From Anthoceros angustus (Eukaryota > Plantae > Anthocerotophyta), in assembly GCA_010909165.1 (NCBI GenBank), contig MU008184.1:434001-498000 (forward strand): 64,000 nucleotides of DNA, read 5' to 3'. Shown piece by piece: positions 27,594-43,599 of the stretch. A program made the translations under genes and the position numbers. How positions within the stretch are numbered: the first letter of the stretch is position 1; each line of letters begins with the position of its first letter. Under the pieces are notes generated by a model. That model ran no database searches. It saw only the letters and a program-made list of their open reading frames with translations, and was not told the DNA's origin.

Positions 27594-28847
27594 CATGGGA
27601 GAACGTACCACTACACTAACCATTCGGTTTCGTCCCACGAAGAAAGCAGGAGGCAGCAAGGGCCAGCGGATTGGATCGTGATGAGCGGGGTGGCAGGGGA
27701 AAGGGAAAAACGAGGGCATGTCGGATGATGGATCGTATGGTTGGCCGGCAGCAGGGGGAGCCAGGGGCCCAAAGGGCAAGAGGTAATAACAGCACAGCAC
27801 AGCACAAGCTACAGCAGCCGTGCTTGCGCCACAGCTGTGGCCTGCTGGTAAGAGCCCTGTCGTCCCGGAACGATTCCCGCGCGCACCTTGATAGCGAGCC
27901 TTCGGTGCTTCCCTTTGAGCAGGGCCGGGTCCTGTGGCCGGGGATGGGGATGAGGATGCGGATGGGCACTTGCGCTGCCAGAGCCCACGTTCCCCTCTGA
28001 CCCACAAATACTTCCACTCATTTATCCACATCCACGCTGCTTTCTTTTCTCTTCCTGTCTTTCCTTCCGCTTCGCTTCTTCCTTCCTGTCTTCTGTCCTC
28101 ACACCGCTGCTTCGTCTTGCCCTCTGTCGCCATGTCACAACCATGTTGTACTGATGCTGCTGCGAGACCTAGCTGGGCAGCAGTACATACGCGCACCATT
28201 GGACTTTCTCTCTCATTGCTTCCACCCCAAGCCAAGCAAACGCTTGCCAGCCCACTTCTGCCATTTTCCTCTCTTCGCACGAGTCCTCCATACCCTGGCC
28301 CACCCTGGCAACCGGCCCACCGGTAAAACGCTACCGGTCCCCGTCATTTTGTCCCACTGCCTGTATCATTGCTGTGCTGATGCGGCGTGTCAGCTGTAAC
28401 AGACTCATACATACATCCTAGTCGGCCAGGCATACATATATCGGCACTGAGCAAGCTAGCCGCTAGTCCTTACAACAAACCCAGGCTCTCCCTCTCCCCC
28501 CCATTTGTCTCTCACGTCACTAACACTCCTCCTGCCAGGCATCGGCCAGCTGCCATGTCCAGAGCTCATGAGCCGCCCGCAAGCGAAAGGCCGGTGGGTT
28601 GTCCTCGTCGCACCCACCAAAACCCATGTCACGAACCAACGCATTTACCATCTCCTCAACACCCCATGCTACTAACCAGTAACGTTTCCATCTTCCCCTC
28701 TTCTTCAAATTCTACCACCCAGGCAACGCCAAAGCACAATACTGACGCGGCATCTGGTTCCACCCACTGATAGAGGTCAACGCAGCAGCAGCAGCAGCAG
28801 CAAGCAGCACCATCACACCACCACCCGCATGAACCCTCAAGTCCTCA

Positions 28848-28980
28848 GCAGTTGAACCCACAAAAACCACACCCCAACGGTAGAAACCCACAAACCCCAC
28901 ACACCCACGGAAGAAAACCCACAAAAATCACGCAGCAACGGCAGAAACCCACAAATCCTGCCGCGGCTGATGATGCGATG
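28848..28980 (-). repeat. Right arm of the inverted repeat
   Basis: CAGAAACCCAC-like subunits; the arm ends GATGCGATG. Confidence 0.65.
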
Positions 28981-31900
28981 CGGGATCCAGCGCCCAGTAC
29001 GATGATCATAGGCTTATCGTGTCGCAACAGCCGATGGGAGGCGGCCATGGTGGGTTGGTAGCGCAAGGAAGCCCGGCAGGACAAGGGCAAGGGCAAGGGC
29101 AAGGGCAAGGGCATCATGACCGGTACCCCGCCGCGGGCTCTGCCCCCCGCACTGGCACAGGCCCAGGGTTTCAGTTAAGCAGTCCCGTCGTCTGGGCACG
29201 TACCGGTACCACCGGTGGTACAACATATTCCCCGCCCCCCTGGCCCTCCCCGCGGCGGGCCCGGCCTCCGTTCCGTTTCCAGCACTGTTATCGTTGTACA
29301 ATCGATGCATCACACCAGACAGGTAATTCGTTTCATCGACGTTATCTCGGCAATTGCATCAAACAAACAAACAAACAATCACTCACAAGCCGGGCCCCCA
29401 AGCACTCGCATCCACGTTCCTCAGGCACGCCAAGGCCCCGTCGGGACCCGAGCCCGGGCCCCGTGAAAGCATGTTTCCGGCGCCCTCCGGCCTCGGCACG
29501 GGAGCACGGCTTGTCGGGAGTAACGTGGAGCATGGCAAGCTCAAGTACACAGACACTGTTCGGCCAGCATGCACATGCGCTGCTGGGACCCCTACCAACC
29601 GCCAACCTCTGCCTCAGGCGGTGCCGGAGGAAGAAGCCGGGAACGCCAGCCGGGGCCGGGAAAACCCTATTCCCGTTCAAACAAACCCCAATCCCGTCCG
29701 ACGGCCTGCTTCGCTTTCTCGGTGCGTCACGGACCCACAGGAAGAACGCCATGCTGCGGGTGGCTGTCGGTGGGGGCCAGGACTGCCCAACCCAAGTCGC
29801 CATTCAATGCGGCTGGCTGCGATGGAGCCGGGACGAGACGAAATTCAGTGGGCTCGGGCCCGAGGGCCAGAGTAAAACAAGCCTACGGACACAGGAGGCG
29901 CATTTTCGGTTGGACTGATCGCTTTTCGAAAAATGCTGGCAACGGTGAGGTGTGGCGTCCCAGATTGCTGATGCAAAAGCTGGGACATATCTGGACTGCG
30001 TGACACGGCCCTCGAGTCACTCTCGTGACTTCGGTCACTTGCCTTGGCTGCTGATGCCGCTGCTACTGGACCGAGGCTGGAGGATAATACCCGATTTTGT
30101 ACTCCACTCGCACCTTTTAACTGCGTCGGGTGGGACTCGAGAGGAGCGCTAACCATCTGAGCGATATGGGGTATTTGGAATAAAGCAGCCTGGTGAGGTG
30201 ATGCCTGCCGGCTTCGCTGCGGTTGGCGATCGACAAAACAGCGCTGATCATGCTTTCCTGGCTTTCTGCCTTCCAGCGTCCGGTTCAAGGCCAACACCAT
30301 TTTCATCTGAATTCCCCGGAAACTCTTGCGTGCGAGCGTGCGTGCGTCTGGGAGAGTGTGCGTATGGAAGAGAAAATAGAATTTTGGCAGCGGCAGATGG
30401 AACAAACAAGCAGCTCGAATGACACGAAAAAAAAGGTTTCGCATTTTCTGTACAGTACGTATTGTGTGCGTGATGATCAGGGAGCGAGGTAGCTCGGCTG
30501 AAAATCGACTGACAGCAATTGCCGAGTATCACACATTTGGCAGTGGGCACACACGCAAAACACTTGCTCTTTTTTTCTTTGCTTTGTTCTTTTCCGTCTC
30601 CATGTCTCTTGTGCCCCACCCACGGCTTGCTGCATCTCAAGTCCAGGACCCCAGGCTCTTGCTTTTGGTGGGGAAGTACCCCATGGCCTGGCCTTGACTT
30701 CCGAAGACTCTACCCACTTAGAACAGCCGTCTGCCACCACAGCTACACTCTGCTGAACACACTTTTGCAGAAGGATAGGACGGCAGGGCCTTAACAATTG
30801 ATGTGCCACTTCCCTGCGAGCGGAATAGTTGCTTCAGCAACTCCATCTGGCCTCCCAAATCCAGTCCGACATCCGGTAGCATACTTTTGAGGCAGTACTC
30901 TGCAAACCAGGATGGAAGTTAAGAGGCTAGTAGCTGGAAGAACAGTCTGACTTCTGTCAGGGGAAGAAATGGTTGGAGCTACCCGGCAACCATACATGGC
31001 AAGAACCAGAAGCATACCAACTCTGCCCACCTGGCAGGCTGGCACCGAGGTCAATATCAGTCATAAGCACTTCCTTGCCATCCCATCTGCGCCCGGTACG
31101 AGAGGTGTGATAAGGGAGACACGAATTCACGAAATTAGAAACCAGAACTGGCTTACATGAGCGAAAGTGGAGACCATACCCTGAACGCAGACACAAAATG
31201 TGGCATGAGGTGGAGAGATGCAACTCATCAGATGTGCTTCAACATGGTGGCCACCGAATTTCGAGCCTCGTCATGCTCCGCGAAGCTGAAACTTCTTCCG
31301 ACCCGTTCTCGGACTCGTTATCGGACTGTGGCAAGGTAACCAGCCAAGTGAGCCGGCGGCAGTGCTTCCAACAGATCCAAGTCCTGCAAAACAGCTCCTT
31401 TGCCCTCTTCCGCTGAGACATCTGACTCGGTAGATCCTGCACAAGCCTTGCCTCAAGTGAACCCTCTCTTGACACCAAATCGTCCAGCAACCTCCCCACT
31501 AGTTGAAACAGGCGACCCTCAATGGCGCGCTTTCTCGCTTCCAAATCCAATCGCAGCTGTTGGCTGCTTCCTCTTGTTCTTGATAAAATAGAGGCCAATT
31601 CAGCTTCGGATTGGAGTCTCGCCTTTGCCCCACATCTTGCATCGGTGCTACAGTGATGTAATTGCCAAGAAAGCATCAAGGCAGTACGGATCCTTGTTTC
31701 ACAAACTGCCCCGTCAGAGCTCTCTTTCAGTACACGTAAAGACTTCCCACTGTTCGCCACCGCACAGAGCCCAGCTACATGCAAGTTCACTCAGGCCCGA
31801 TCCAAGGTTGGCTCGAGTTACGGTGTTTCTCGGCCCTCTCACAACACTCCCGAGTTCCCAGTATGTAGTTGAATCTCCAGAAACAGCATTTCCTGCCTGG

Positions 31901-32368
31901 ATTATGTACATTGATTACAGACTCTGGGATTTCAAGTATGTCCTCCTGAGTCCCCTACTTCATTTAGTCCCCTGCTTGGCAATTCAAATTTTGACACGCA
32001 GGGACATAGTTTTGGAATTTGAAAAGATACTTACAGAACGCGCTTCCTCCCTCACGTGGCTGCCACTATCCGACGTCTATCGATTCAACATTCTGAAAAG
32101 GTGTTTGAATCCTTCCCACACTGCAAGCGTACCTGCCTACGTGTCCTCTATCTAACATTACAGCCATCAACAGCTTCGTTGAGTGTCACAAGCCTACCAC
32201 AATCTTTCCTTCCAACAAAAACTGAACTAATCTACACCTCTAATTAGTCTCTATACTGCCTACCGCTTGCAAATGAGAAGGTTAAGACGCCGGTATCTCA
32301 GCAAGGCAATTAATGTACACACAGTGGCTGTCAAATAAATACGTAGAACCACCGGCAGTCTTCTCAAG

Positions 32369-35300
32369 TCACTGAGAGTTGCTGTATCTTAGGTGTTGCT
32401 CGTAGAAGGCGATAAGCTGGAAGAAAACCACTAGAACGTTAGTAATAGTGTGAAGGCCCGCCCACAAGCAAACCTATCTAAATGCATGAGACATCTATGA
32501 GGATCACAACTGGAAACTGGACGGCACACCCCCATGCAGGAGCCCACGTTGGTACGCATTCCGGCAAACAGCCACAGCAGTGATGTCCACAAAAATTCAA
32601 CAGGAGAACCATCATCCGTCCTCATCCTATTGCAGACACCTTTTCTTCAACATTTGCCCAGATTGCAAGCACTTTACGGGTTACACTAACTGTTTTAAGA
32701 AATGATATTTGCATGCTGGTAGGCACTGTCGTGGCCATGAAACTAGGAATCAGATACCGCCAGCCACAAACACATGCAGGGATCAGCAGAAAGGGTAACA
32801 ACAGCGTTCACTGGGGCAGTCCTTAAACAGCGTTCACTGCTGCCCTTAAACTTTCAGCTACATGCCTACTCTGGACTGCTGCAACAAGACTTGGGTCACT
32901 ATTCAACCTTGCTGATAACCAAATATCTGTGCCCACACAAAAAGGGATCCACACACATGCCAAGCAATCAGTAAAAGTAGGGCAGCAACAAAATCTTATC
33001 AGCAACCACCTTCCACACAGGTGCAAGATGGTCACTGATTCCCGTATAGAATTGAACAGACATGCAAAAAGGATAAGAATCAATTATGTTCTCACAAATA
33101 ATTTAGTGACTCTGCTGACAGCTGAAGTCCATGTCTGTGCAATTGAAACTTACCAATAGCGGATCTGATTCACGCATATCCTTGTTGTTCACAAACACTT
33201 CCTGACCATCGGATCTGAGGGCGAACAACAACACTCAGTATCTTGCACGAGTATGAAAAAAATGAAGAACGACCTCAAGACCAATCAAGTTCACCAGCCT
33301 TTTTGTCGGCAACAGCCGTGGATGGGGCCAATTAGAGATGGTCAAGTACCTCAAAGCCTTAAAAATAACAACAACATCCTGTTTGCCATTGATGACCGTC
33401 TGATTGTAACTGATGGCTTTGATGATTTCCACTATGCGGTGAGGCCTGCTCACTGTGCTACCCGCTGATACCGGTGCCGGCACAGGAGAATCCATACGCC
33501 CTCCACTTTGAGGAAGTGCCATGTTACCGGCCTTAGCTTCCTCGCCAGCTGCTCCCTGTGATCCAAAAGCAGAAGCTCCTGCCACCCGTAAGACTGCACC
33601 ATCCACAAGTTCAGCAACCTCATACGGAGAGCCAGAAGGTTCAGGCAGATATAACTTTCTGTTTTCCACATCATCTGAACTTAGGACGACTCGCTTAACA
33701 GACCCATTCTTTCTTTTCTTGGATCCAGTGACACGATCACTGCTGGCTTTCCCATCTTTACAGGCAATATCCACTTTCCCACCTTCATCGTAAGCTTCAA
33801 AAGGATCATGCGGCAGCTCAGAGACCTCATTGTCAACACGAGGACTGTCTTCACGGCTTTCTGTGGAAACGACTGGTGACTCCTTGTTCAAATTTCCTTC
33901 CTCCACAGCACAGGAGTCTCTTGTCTGTGTTGCCTCTGCTGTATCCACGAGTGCATTCTCACACCCATCAAGGTTGGGTTGCTGAGCTGTCTCCATGTCA
34001 ATCTCGGGCAGGCTATCAGTATGGCCAACATCCATTGGGGCAGGATCGGACTGGTCACCACCTCCCACTCGTCCTGTTGAGGCCTCAGGTTTCAGACTAG
34101 CTTGTGATGTTCCTTCTGCATCTTTCACGGAGTCAGTCATGGTACAAGTGCCATTCCTGTGCACATCGCCATTTACCAAGTCAGAAGCAGAGTTGTCTAT
34201 AGCCCCACCACTGGTTTCCATATCCAGGGTATTGTGCCTTGTTTCTTCCTCAAGGTTTGACAATGATGGAGATAGTGAGTTTTCATTGACATCCTTAGAG
34301 CCATCTTCAGCTGTCTGAAAGGAAGGGGTGCCCAACCCCTCTTCCAAGCCTTCAGCAGTTGCCCCAACTTTGACCGCAGTCACCACAGGAAGCCTCTTAC
34401 TTGATCCTTCACAACCCCTATCTGAAGAACCTGGAGGCTTCAAGTATGGCCTTGATTCAACCCCGGCATCACTGATCTTAGCAGTTGGTGTTGACGAAAG
34501 TCTACGGGTTTTGACAGCAGGAGTTTTGACGGTAGTAGCTCTACCTTTTCGCTTGCTTTGAGACCCACGTTTTGTCTGCCCCTCCTCAGGAATGGGACCA
34601 AACTCTGTAAGGAGGTGTTTAACATTTTCATACGGCTCCCAAGTATTTGCCTTCTCTGGCCACCCAGCCCTGCAGTCGGAAGCACACGCTAAATAACAAA
34701 CAAGTGCGCCGAAAAGAACACAGAAGCTTGCAAACAACATCACACAGCACCAGACTGTACGTACCATTTGACGAAAAACTCAGCCACGCCCTGCAAACCG
34801 ATCGGACGTGCCAATGAGTATCAAAATGTTTTCCAGCACAGCTATTCAAGGTCTACTAGAGGGAAAAGAAAACCCCGTAGCACTACTAAATCGCAGATAC
34901 AGTCCGATGCTACTAAGATCGAGTGATTTTGCGAGGGAACGCCACGAGCACAATAGCGAGACACAAAAACTTCAAATGCAGCTGCCAAGTTGTCATGAAA
35001 GGTCTCCACTACCACGGCCTTTGGTACAGAAACCCCAACCGACACCATCCTCAGACCGGAGCAGGCATCAAGCACCGGCAAGGCAGAAATCTTTCCATCC
35101 AAACGACTCTCACGTGACATCCAAGCAGCACCCCAAAAGAATTCCATCCACCCCGCAAGAACAAATACCTAAACCCATACCCCGAGCCGTGCAATCCAGA
35201 AAATTTTCCGGCAGCAATTCACACACCTTCACAGTCCTCTTACACCTGAACGCCTCAACCTCATACACCGGCGTGTGATCACCCCCCAGGGGGAGATCAT

Positions 35301-35520
35301 CCCCGAACGAGGCAGAGTCCTCCCCTTCCTCGGACTCCTCCTCACGTTCTCCCTCGGCAGCATCTTCAGCTTCGCCATCCCCCCCGTCGCTGCAGGGAGC
35401 CTTCCGCTTCCGGCCCCTGCCATGCGTGCTCTCGGTGGCATCCGAGTCGGCCCCGCTGCCGCTCTTAGTCATCAATTTCCGGCCCCTGCAGGCCCCGGGC
35501 GTGCCCGCCGACGCCTTCAC
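32369..35520 (-). CDS. LHP1: LIKE HETEROCHROMATIN PROTEIN 1 (chromodomain + chromo shadow domain)
   Basis: Spliced chromodomain YEVEAFRCKRTVK|GVAEFFVKW|AGWPEKANTWEPYENV with the Y/W/W aromatic cage. Chromo shadow IVEIIKAISY...VIFKALR|SDGQEVFVNNKDMRESDPLL|LIAFYEQHLRYSNSQ*; last exon 32416-32369. Confidence 0.93.
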
Positions 35521-36949
35521 CGGGGCCGAGCCCGGAGCGCCTCGCCGCTTGTACCCCTGCGACGCGCGGGAGCAGAGCCCTCGCCTGCGGCAAGCTCCTG
35601 CACATTCCGCACCTTCCCCGCCCGCCTCCCCTCCAGCGCCATAATCCGCTCGCTCACGGCATTATAAGTGCCGCCATTCCCTTCCTGCGCCCTTCCCCAT
35701 GCCCGCAGCTCTGCTCCCAGCGGCATTTCCTGCGCGCTCCACCATGCAGCAAGAACCGCGGCCTCGGCTCGGGCAACCCTCAACCGCCAAGAATCAGCCC
35801 CGCCCGCATCCAGGCTCCCGCCCAGGCGTCTGCGATCGCCGCTGCCGCTGCCGCTGCCTGCCGCAATCCGCTGCGGTTGTCTGGCAATCGCAATTGCTAT
35901 TGCGCGGCGATGGCGGGAACCCAGCTGGCTCTCCCTTCAGCTCGCGACGCGGACGCTCCAGCGAGCAGGCGAAGAAGAGGAGTGATGGGAGAAGAAGTAA
36001 GAAAAACGAACGTAAGAAAGGACCACCAACCAGGTGGAAGACACGCCGGGCCCGGCCCCGGCCTCGACCCTCGACACAGCCAAAGCCAAAAAGCGAGGGG
36101 AGGAAGAGGCGCCTGAAATCCGAATTTGAACGCACTGTCCGCGTCTCGCAGGCTTTACCGCCCTTCCCTATCATCCGCCGAGTTCCAAGTTCCAACCAAC
36201 GGCTGCCGGGCTTGGCTGCGCCCGGAATGATGATTCGCTTCTGCGACGCTCCGACCGTGTCACGTCCCGTGCCCAGCACTCAAGCTCGGTAGTGGAGGGA
36301 CCGACGCGCTACCTGCCTCCACCACTCGGCGATTCGCCTTCGATTCCAATACGCTTCGTGTACAACTTCCTGACTAGCAATGGATGGGCTTCATCGAACC
36401 GGACTTGCTAAAAGCAGGAGCTTCCATGCCGGAATGTCATTTAACAGCTTCGAGATGAGAGGAAGCGACGGATCTGAAGACTCATGGGATTCGAGCCTGA
36501 GGGTTTGATTCCACTGGCCGAGAGGTTTTTGTGGCAGGGCGTCCAGCAGGTGGTTCTGGGGCGAGGAAAGGATAGTCCGGTCGGGAGCCCTGCGTCCAAT
36601 TTGTGATGTGGTGCAGGAATACGAGCTGCGGAATCCATTCCCCGATGATAGGATTGGCGGCTATTGTGAAACAGGGCTCCGGTTTGCCTTGGAACTCCAG
36701 AGCCTGGTCACATTTCCCGATGCCACACGAGTCACGAGATAGTGCATGACAAAGCAGATTATTTGGAAGTGTGATTAGCTGTAAGTACCTCTGCAGCGGC
36801 CTCACGTCCACAGCCACTGCTGCTTCATGCGAAGTTGCAGTAGTCCCAGATGGATTCCACCAGGTTACAAAGGCTCGCCCGTCCTGAAAAGAGCAATGTG
36901 TTGCACCCATCTGTGGCTCAGAATCTGCGTGCTCGGCATCTTCCTGCAT

Positions 36950-37392
36950 TCAGCCTGAGTATCCTGAAATTCCATGGACTGAGGTTGGAATTGAAGGCGA
37001 CTCGGTCGCCGACGCACACCTCATAGCCCCCATCCCGGGGTCGGGAAGCCGAATTCATGGTGATATGTGTACTGTTGTCTCCGCAGGCGAGGTCGTGATT
37101 CACTGCACCGTCCTGCGTCTTGCGCAACTCTTTCGGCCAGGTCGGGAGAACCCGATGTCAGCCGCCTGTCTCACCATCTGCAACTTGAAGGTTGGGCCAT
37201 ACCTCCGCACTAGGTCAGAAAGAGCAACGTGACAGGCAAGCTGCCCACCAGCTGCAGCCCAGTGAGGCCAGGAGGAAGCCGCAATTTCTTTGATCTCGGA
37301 TTCCTCAGGATGAGGTAGCAACCTGCGAATGCCACTGCTAGCTGTACCACCAACTCCATCACCAATAAATCGAGCTCCGCAAGGACGAGCAA
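36950..37392 (-). pseudogene. Cytochrome P450 N-terminal fragment
   Basis: Membrane anchor, KKLRLPPG..GLQLVGSLP, HVALSDLVRRYGPTFKL, TQD...SRP, with frameshifts. No heme-binding region found. Confidence 0.75.
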
Positions 37393-37610
37393 TCTCCGTG
37401 AGACACCGAACTACAACGAGGGAGCAGAGATCAGGGAGGAAACGAGTGGCCCCAACACGGAACCACTCACTTCACTTAAAACACATCTACATACAAAGCA
37501 TCTGACATGGGAATTTTCATCCTGCATGCCACCACCTACCATGCCACCAAGAGTTGCACCAAGAGTGGTACGGAACTAGGAGGGCCATTTGAGAGACTCA
37601 AAATTGTAGG

Positions 37611-39649
<2,039 letters not shown>

Positions 39650-39949
39650 CTACGCCGTTTCCTCCGCCAGCCAGACCTCTACAAGAGCCACGCAGCCACT
39701 CGGGACATCCGTGTTCGTGCGCGCAATCACGACCGGCGTCTGTCGTCATAATCCCATGTTCACGCTTGTGTGTGCCATCATCCTTCAGGCGCACATCATT
39801 CCGTTACAGATGTACGCCCTGATGATGAGCTGGTGGCGCCGTGAACATACGCACATGTAAGTACCGGACCGCTCCTCTGAGGGCGACCGGCTCTTGCTTC
39901 ACCGGCCACCGGCACCATCGTATTTATACCCTGGACCGTAGGTATGCCC

Positions 39950-40146
39950 TGCGTCCAAATCGCTTAGGCCAAATGGTACACATTTATGATACGAACGCCG
40001 TTATTAACATTCTGCGCTTAGATCTTAGATCGGAACTTAGATGGGGTGCTTAGATAGAAGGAGTGGACGGCCTTGGAGCGAGAAGTTTAGGCACACCAGG
40101 GACGTACCAATTGTCATGACAGGAAACTTCCTTCCAAGTGGACTAT
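39950..40146. repeat. Dispersed repeat, copy 2 (homologous to 10296-10503)
   Basis: Same ordered sequence blocks as copy 1. Confidence 0.7.
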
Positions 40147-40793
40147 AATACCTCGAGTACTCCCTCAAGTATTAGGTATGAAATTTTACATTTGTGTGTA
40201 TTTCTATTACGGGGTGCATCAGCCGGTCACCCTTGGCCCTTGGTTGAGGCTCGAGCTCGGAGTAGCATCACGGAGTTCAATTACGTTAGAATGGAACGTT
40301 TGAAACCTTTCCCCTTCTCGCTCTCGCTCGGTTGGTGGCGTCTCAACGGAAAGTCTCGCGAATTCGTTGCAACACTGCCGTGCGTCGTTTCCGTGGCGGG
40401 AGACGAGACACTCGGTCTTCTGCAGAGCGGGCAATTGCCCTGGTGCGGGACGCTTTTCTTCTTCGACTTGCAGGTTTCTCGAGTGGAGACTCGGCAAGAG
40501 TCGGTTTTCCGCTGCAAATTGGACTCGTGGTGTGCTGTGCCGCTTGCGGGAATTGCTTTCTTCAGCTGCTGGTTTGGTTAGGAAAGCTGGGAGACGGTTT
40601 CGTGTTCTTGTACTTCATTTGTAGTATTGCCCTCTGCCAATGCATGTGCTTTGCTTGTTGCAGCTTGCCGGAGCCCGTTCTTGCTTCCTTTGAGTGAGAA
40701 TTGAGCTTGCGGCTGTGGTGTGGTGGCGTTCTGCGTCTGGAGGGGAGTCTGGCACGGGTGCTGATCGCGTAGGGGACTTTCCTAGTTGCAGAG

Positions 40794-43373
40794 ATGGGAA
40801 TGGAGGACTATGAGATGGACTCCGGGTCAGAGCAAGACGAAGATGAGGTGGATATGGACGAGTTCGAGGAAGCAGCAAGCGAGGGGTTGAAGAGTGGGAA
40901 GCATGTGGTTCCTAATGGAGACGGGACGTATCGCTGTCCTTTTTGTGTGAGCAAGAAGAAGCAGGAGTACAAGTACCATGAGCTGCTGGCTCACGCCAAC
41001 GGCGTCGGTCGAGGAAAGCGGGGGAACGAGCTGGGAGGGCAGCACAGAGCGCTTCACAAGTACCTGCAGGACGAGCTGAAGGAGTTTGCGGCACCGGCGG
41101 CGCCCCGGCTTCTGAAATTGGAGCAGGCCGCGCCGAAGCGGGTTCAGGCCGAGCACCAGGTGGTGCACCCGTGGGTGGGACTCATCCACAATGTCGGGAC
41201 TGTTGGCCCGGATGGCAGAAGGGTCAGCCCTGGGCCCGGAGAGCTGAGGCAGCAGTTTGAGGAGTTCCATCCCGAGCAGGCGAAGGTGTTCTGGGCTTTC
41301 AACGGGCCCCTGGGGATGGCGGCTCTTATCTTTAAGCGAGATTTGGAGGGGTATGGGGACTGCCGGCTGTTTGAGAGAAGTTTTCTTGAGACACATCGGG
41401 GAAGGCAAGATTGGCTTGAGAACAAGGGGACGGATCGGCAGGGGAGGGAGCTGTATGGCTGGATGGCCGGTGAAGAAGACTACAATGATAAAGGGAAAGT
41501 CGGGGAGTTTTTGCGGGAGAAGCATAATTTGAAGACCATGAATCAGCTGGTGGAAGAGAGAATGAGGACTAGCGAGCAGTTGCAGAAGCAGCTGCATGAA
41601 ACCATCCAACAGCAAAAGCAGTTGCTGGCAAAGGCAGATACCGAGAAGTTCAAAATGACTAACAGAATGGAGACTGCCGAGCAGGCTAGTAAGAAAGCGG
41701 AGCTGGAAATGCAGCTGCTGGAAGAGAAGCACAGACAAGGTATGGGACCTCTCAGCTGTGTTTTGTCATGCTTTCGTGTTTCCACACTTCCTGCCTCTGT
41801 TGCCAACAGTCAGTAATTTGTGACAGAAAGGGAAACCCTGAGATCTGAATTTCAAAAAGCGAAGGAGTTGCACAATCAGGAGATGAAGCGACGGGCTCAT
41901 GAGTTGGAAGCACAAATGGCAACCTTGCAAATCCGCTCTGCGGAAATGAGCATCAAAGAGAGCGAGAATGAAGCTGAAAGGAAGCGGCTCGAACTTGAAC
42001 GAGAAGAGGTGAAGCTTTCTCTCCATTTTTTTAGCGAATGAGGTGAAGCTTTCTTGCTCATAGTGTCAGCCGGGGAGGGCAGGGGGTTGGGGGTTCCGAG
42101 TTTTTCCACTAACCCAGGCCTGGCTTGGACAGAATAAGAAGCAACTGGAAACTGTCTCCAAAGAAATGGACGTTCGGAACAGGTTCCGCGACGAGCAGCT
42201 AAGCCTAATAGAGAAGCACGAGGTTAGATGATGCTTCCACAAATTGCAATTCTTGTGGCTTGCGTGCACAAGGTTTCTGGAGTGACTGAGAGGGAATTTT
42301 CCCTTGCGAAAATTTCAGAATGAGCAGAAGAACCTGGAGAACGAAATTCAGCAACAAAAGCTCCATCTTGCCAAGCAGCAACAGATGGAGATTGAACGAC
42401 AGCACATACAGGAGACCCTAGAAACAGAAAAACTGAAAGTTGGAAGCGCGGAGATATCAACTGGGAAAATAGCAGAGTTGGAGGAGAAACTAAAGGATCT
42501 TGAAGAAGAGAAGGACGGGGCATTGGATATGGTTAACGACCTGACTGTGTCCCATCGTAGGGCCGTAATCGAACTGGAGGATGCGAAGAAAGCAGCAGTG
42601 AAGGTACGACCTTTGATGTCTCTTGTCTGTGAAATCTAGATATCATTTGCTGTGAGGCTGGCGTGTTCTTTTGCATGCCTGTGGTGTTAGCATCTTCGGA
42701 CTGTCTTGTACAGGTGATCCAAATTCTTAACGAGGATGTCCAGGCGGGTATTGGGGTCAAGAGGTGCGGTGAGATCGACGAGAGCTGCTGGGATGAAGTA
42801 GGTGAAGCCCATTTCAACCATCCTGACTGGCAAGTTAAACGTGCAAAAATATGCTCAGAGTGGGATGAGAAGATAAAGACGCACGACTGGGTTCCGTACA
42901 AGAAGGTCTACCTCGACTCGGAGCGAACGAAGGTGAGGATCTCCTTTGTTTTATTGCGTTCTACGACAAGGGAACACTGCGCATGGAGCTGAGTCGATAT
43001 CCTGCTGTGACTCTGTTGCATCATCCAGTGGAAAGAGGAAGTAGACCCGGAAGATCCCCTGTTAAAGCAGCTGAGGGCTAAATTCGGTGAAAAGCCCTAC
43101 AATGGGGTAGCCACTGCATTGAAGGAAATCCAGGAGTACAATTCCAGCGGCCGGTACCCAGTCCCAACTCTTTGGAACTTCGCTGCAAGGGGCAGCAACC
43201 CCTTTACACGAGGCCGGGCAGCAACCCTACAAGAGGTCGTCAAGTACTTGGGGGTTATGGTCGTAACAGCGCAGACCACAAATAAGGATTTGCAGTCAGA
43301 AATCTCAAAGCTTAAGGGTGCTAGCGGTGGAACGGGGAGGGGCAGAGGTAAGAGGAAGAAGACCACTGCTTGA
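40794..43373 (+). CDS. IDN2/FDM-like protein: zf-XS, XS, coiled-coil and XH domains
   Basis: YRCPFC..KKKQEYKYHELLAHANGVG (zf-XS); HPWVGLIHN...ELYGWMAGEEDYN..GKVGEFLR (XS); IGVKRCGEID, DWVPYKKV, EIQEYNSSGRYPVPTLWNF, RAATLQEVVKYL (XH). Confidence 0.93.
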
Positions 43374-43599
43374 TCCTAGACGGCAGGCAGGTTTAGGAAA
43401 TTCGCACCCTGGCAGAAAGATTTTAGGAGCAAAGCTTCTCGAACAGAATGTTTCTCAGGACCGCTGCATACAGACAGTTGGTCCCCGATCAGCCTCCCAT
43501 CCGGAAACCTTTTTACTATGACGCTGGGTTCAGTGGTAGGCGCCAGGTAGGTCAGTTCCTGGGTCACGTTGCAGCGTGAAGTAAACAGCGTGGTGTATT

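Noticed and set aside
25205-30000. Numerous 70-320 aa ORFs on both strands
   Set aside because: Low-complexity translations of GC-rich microsatellite DNA with no recognisable domains.
40827-41738. 303-aa minus-strand ORF
   Set aside because: Antisense shadow of the zf-XS/XS coding exon.
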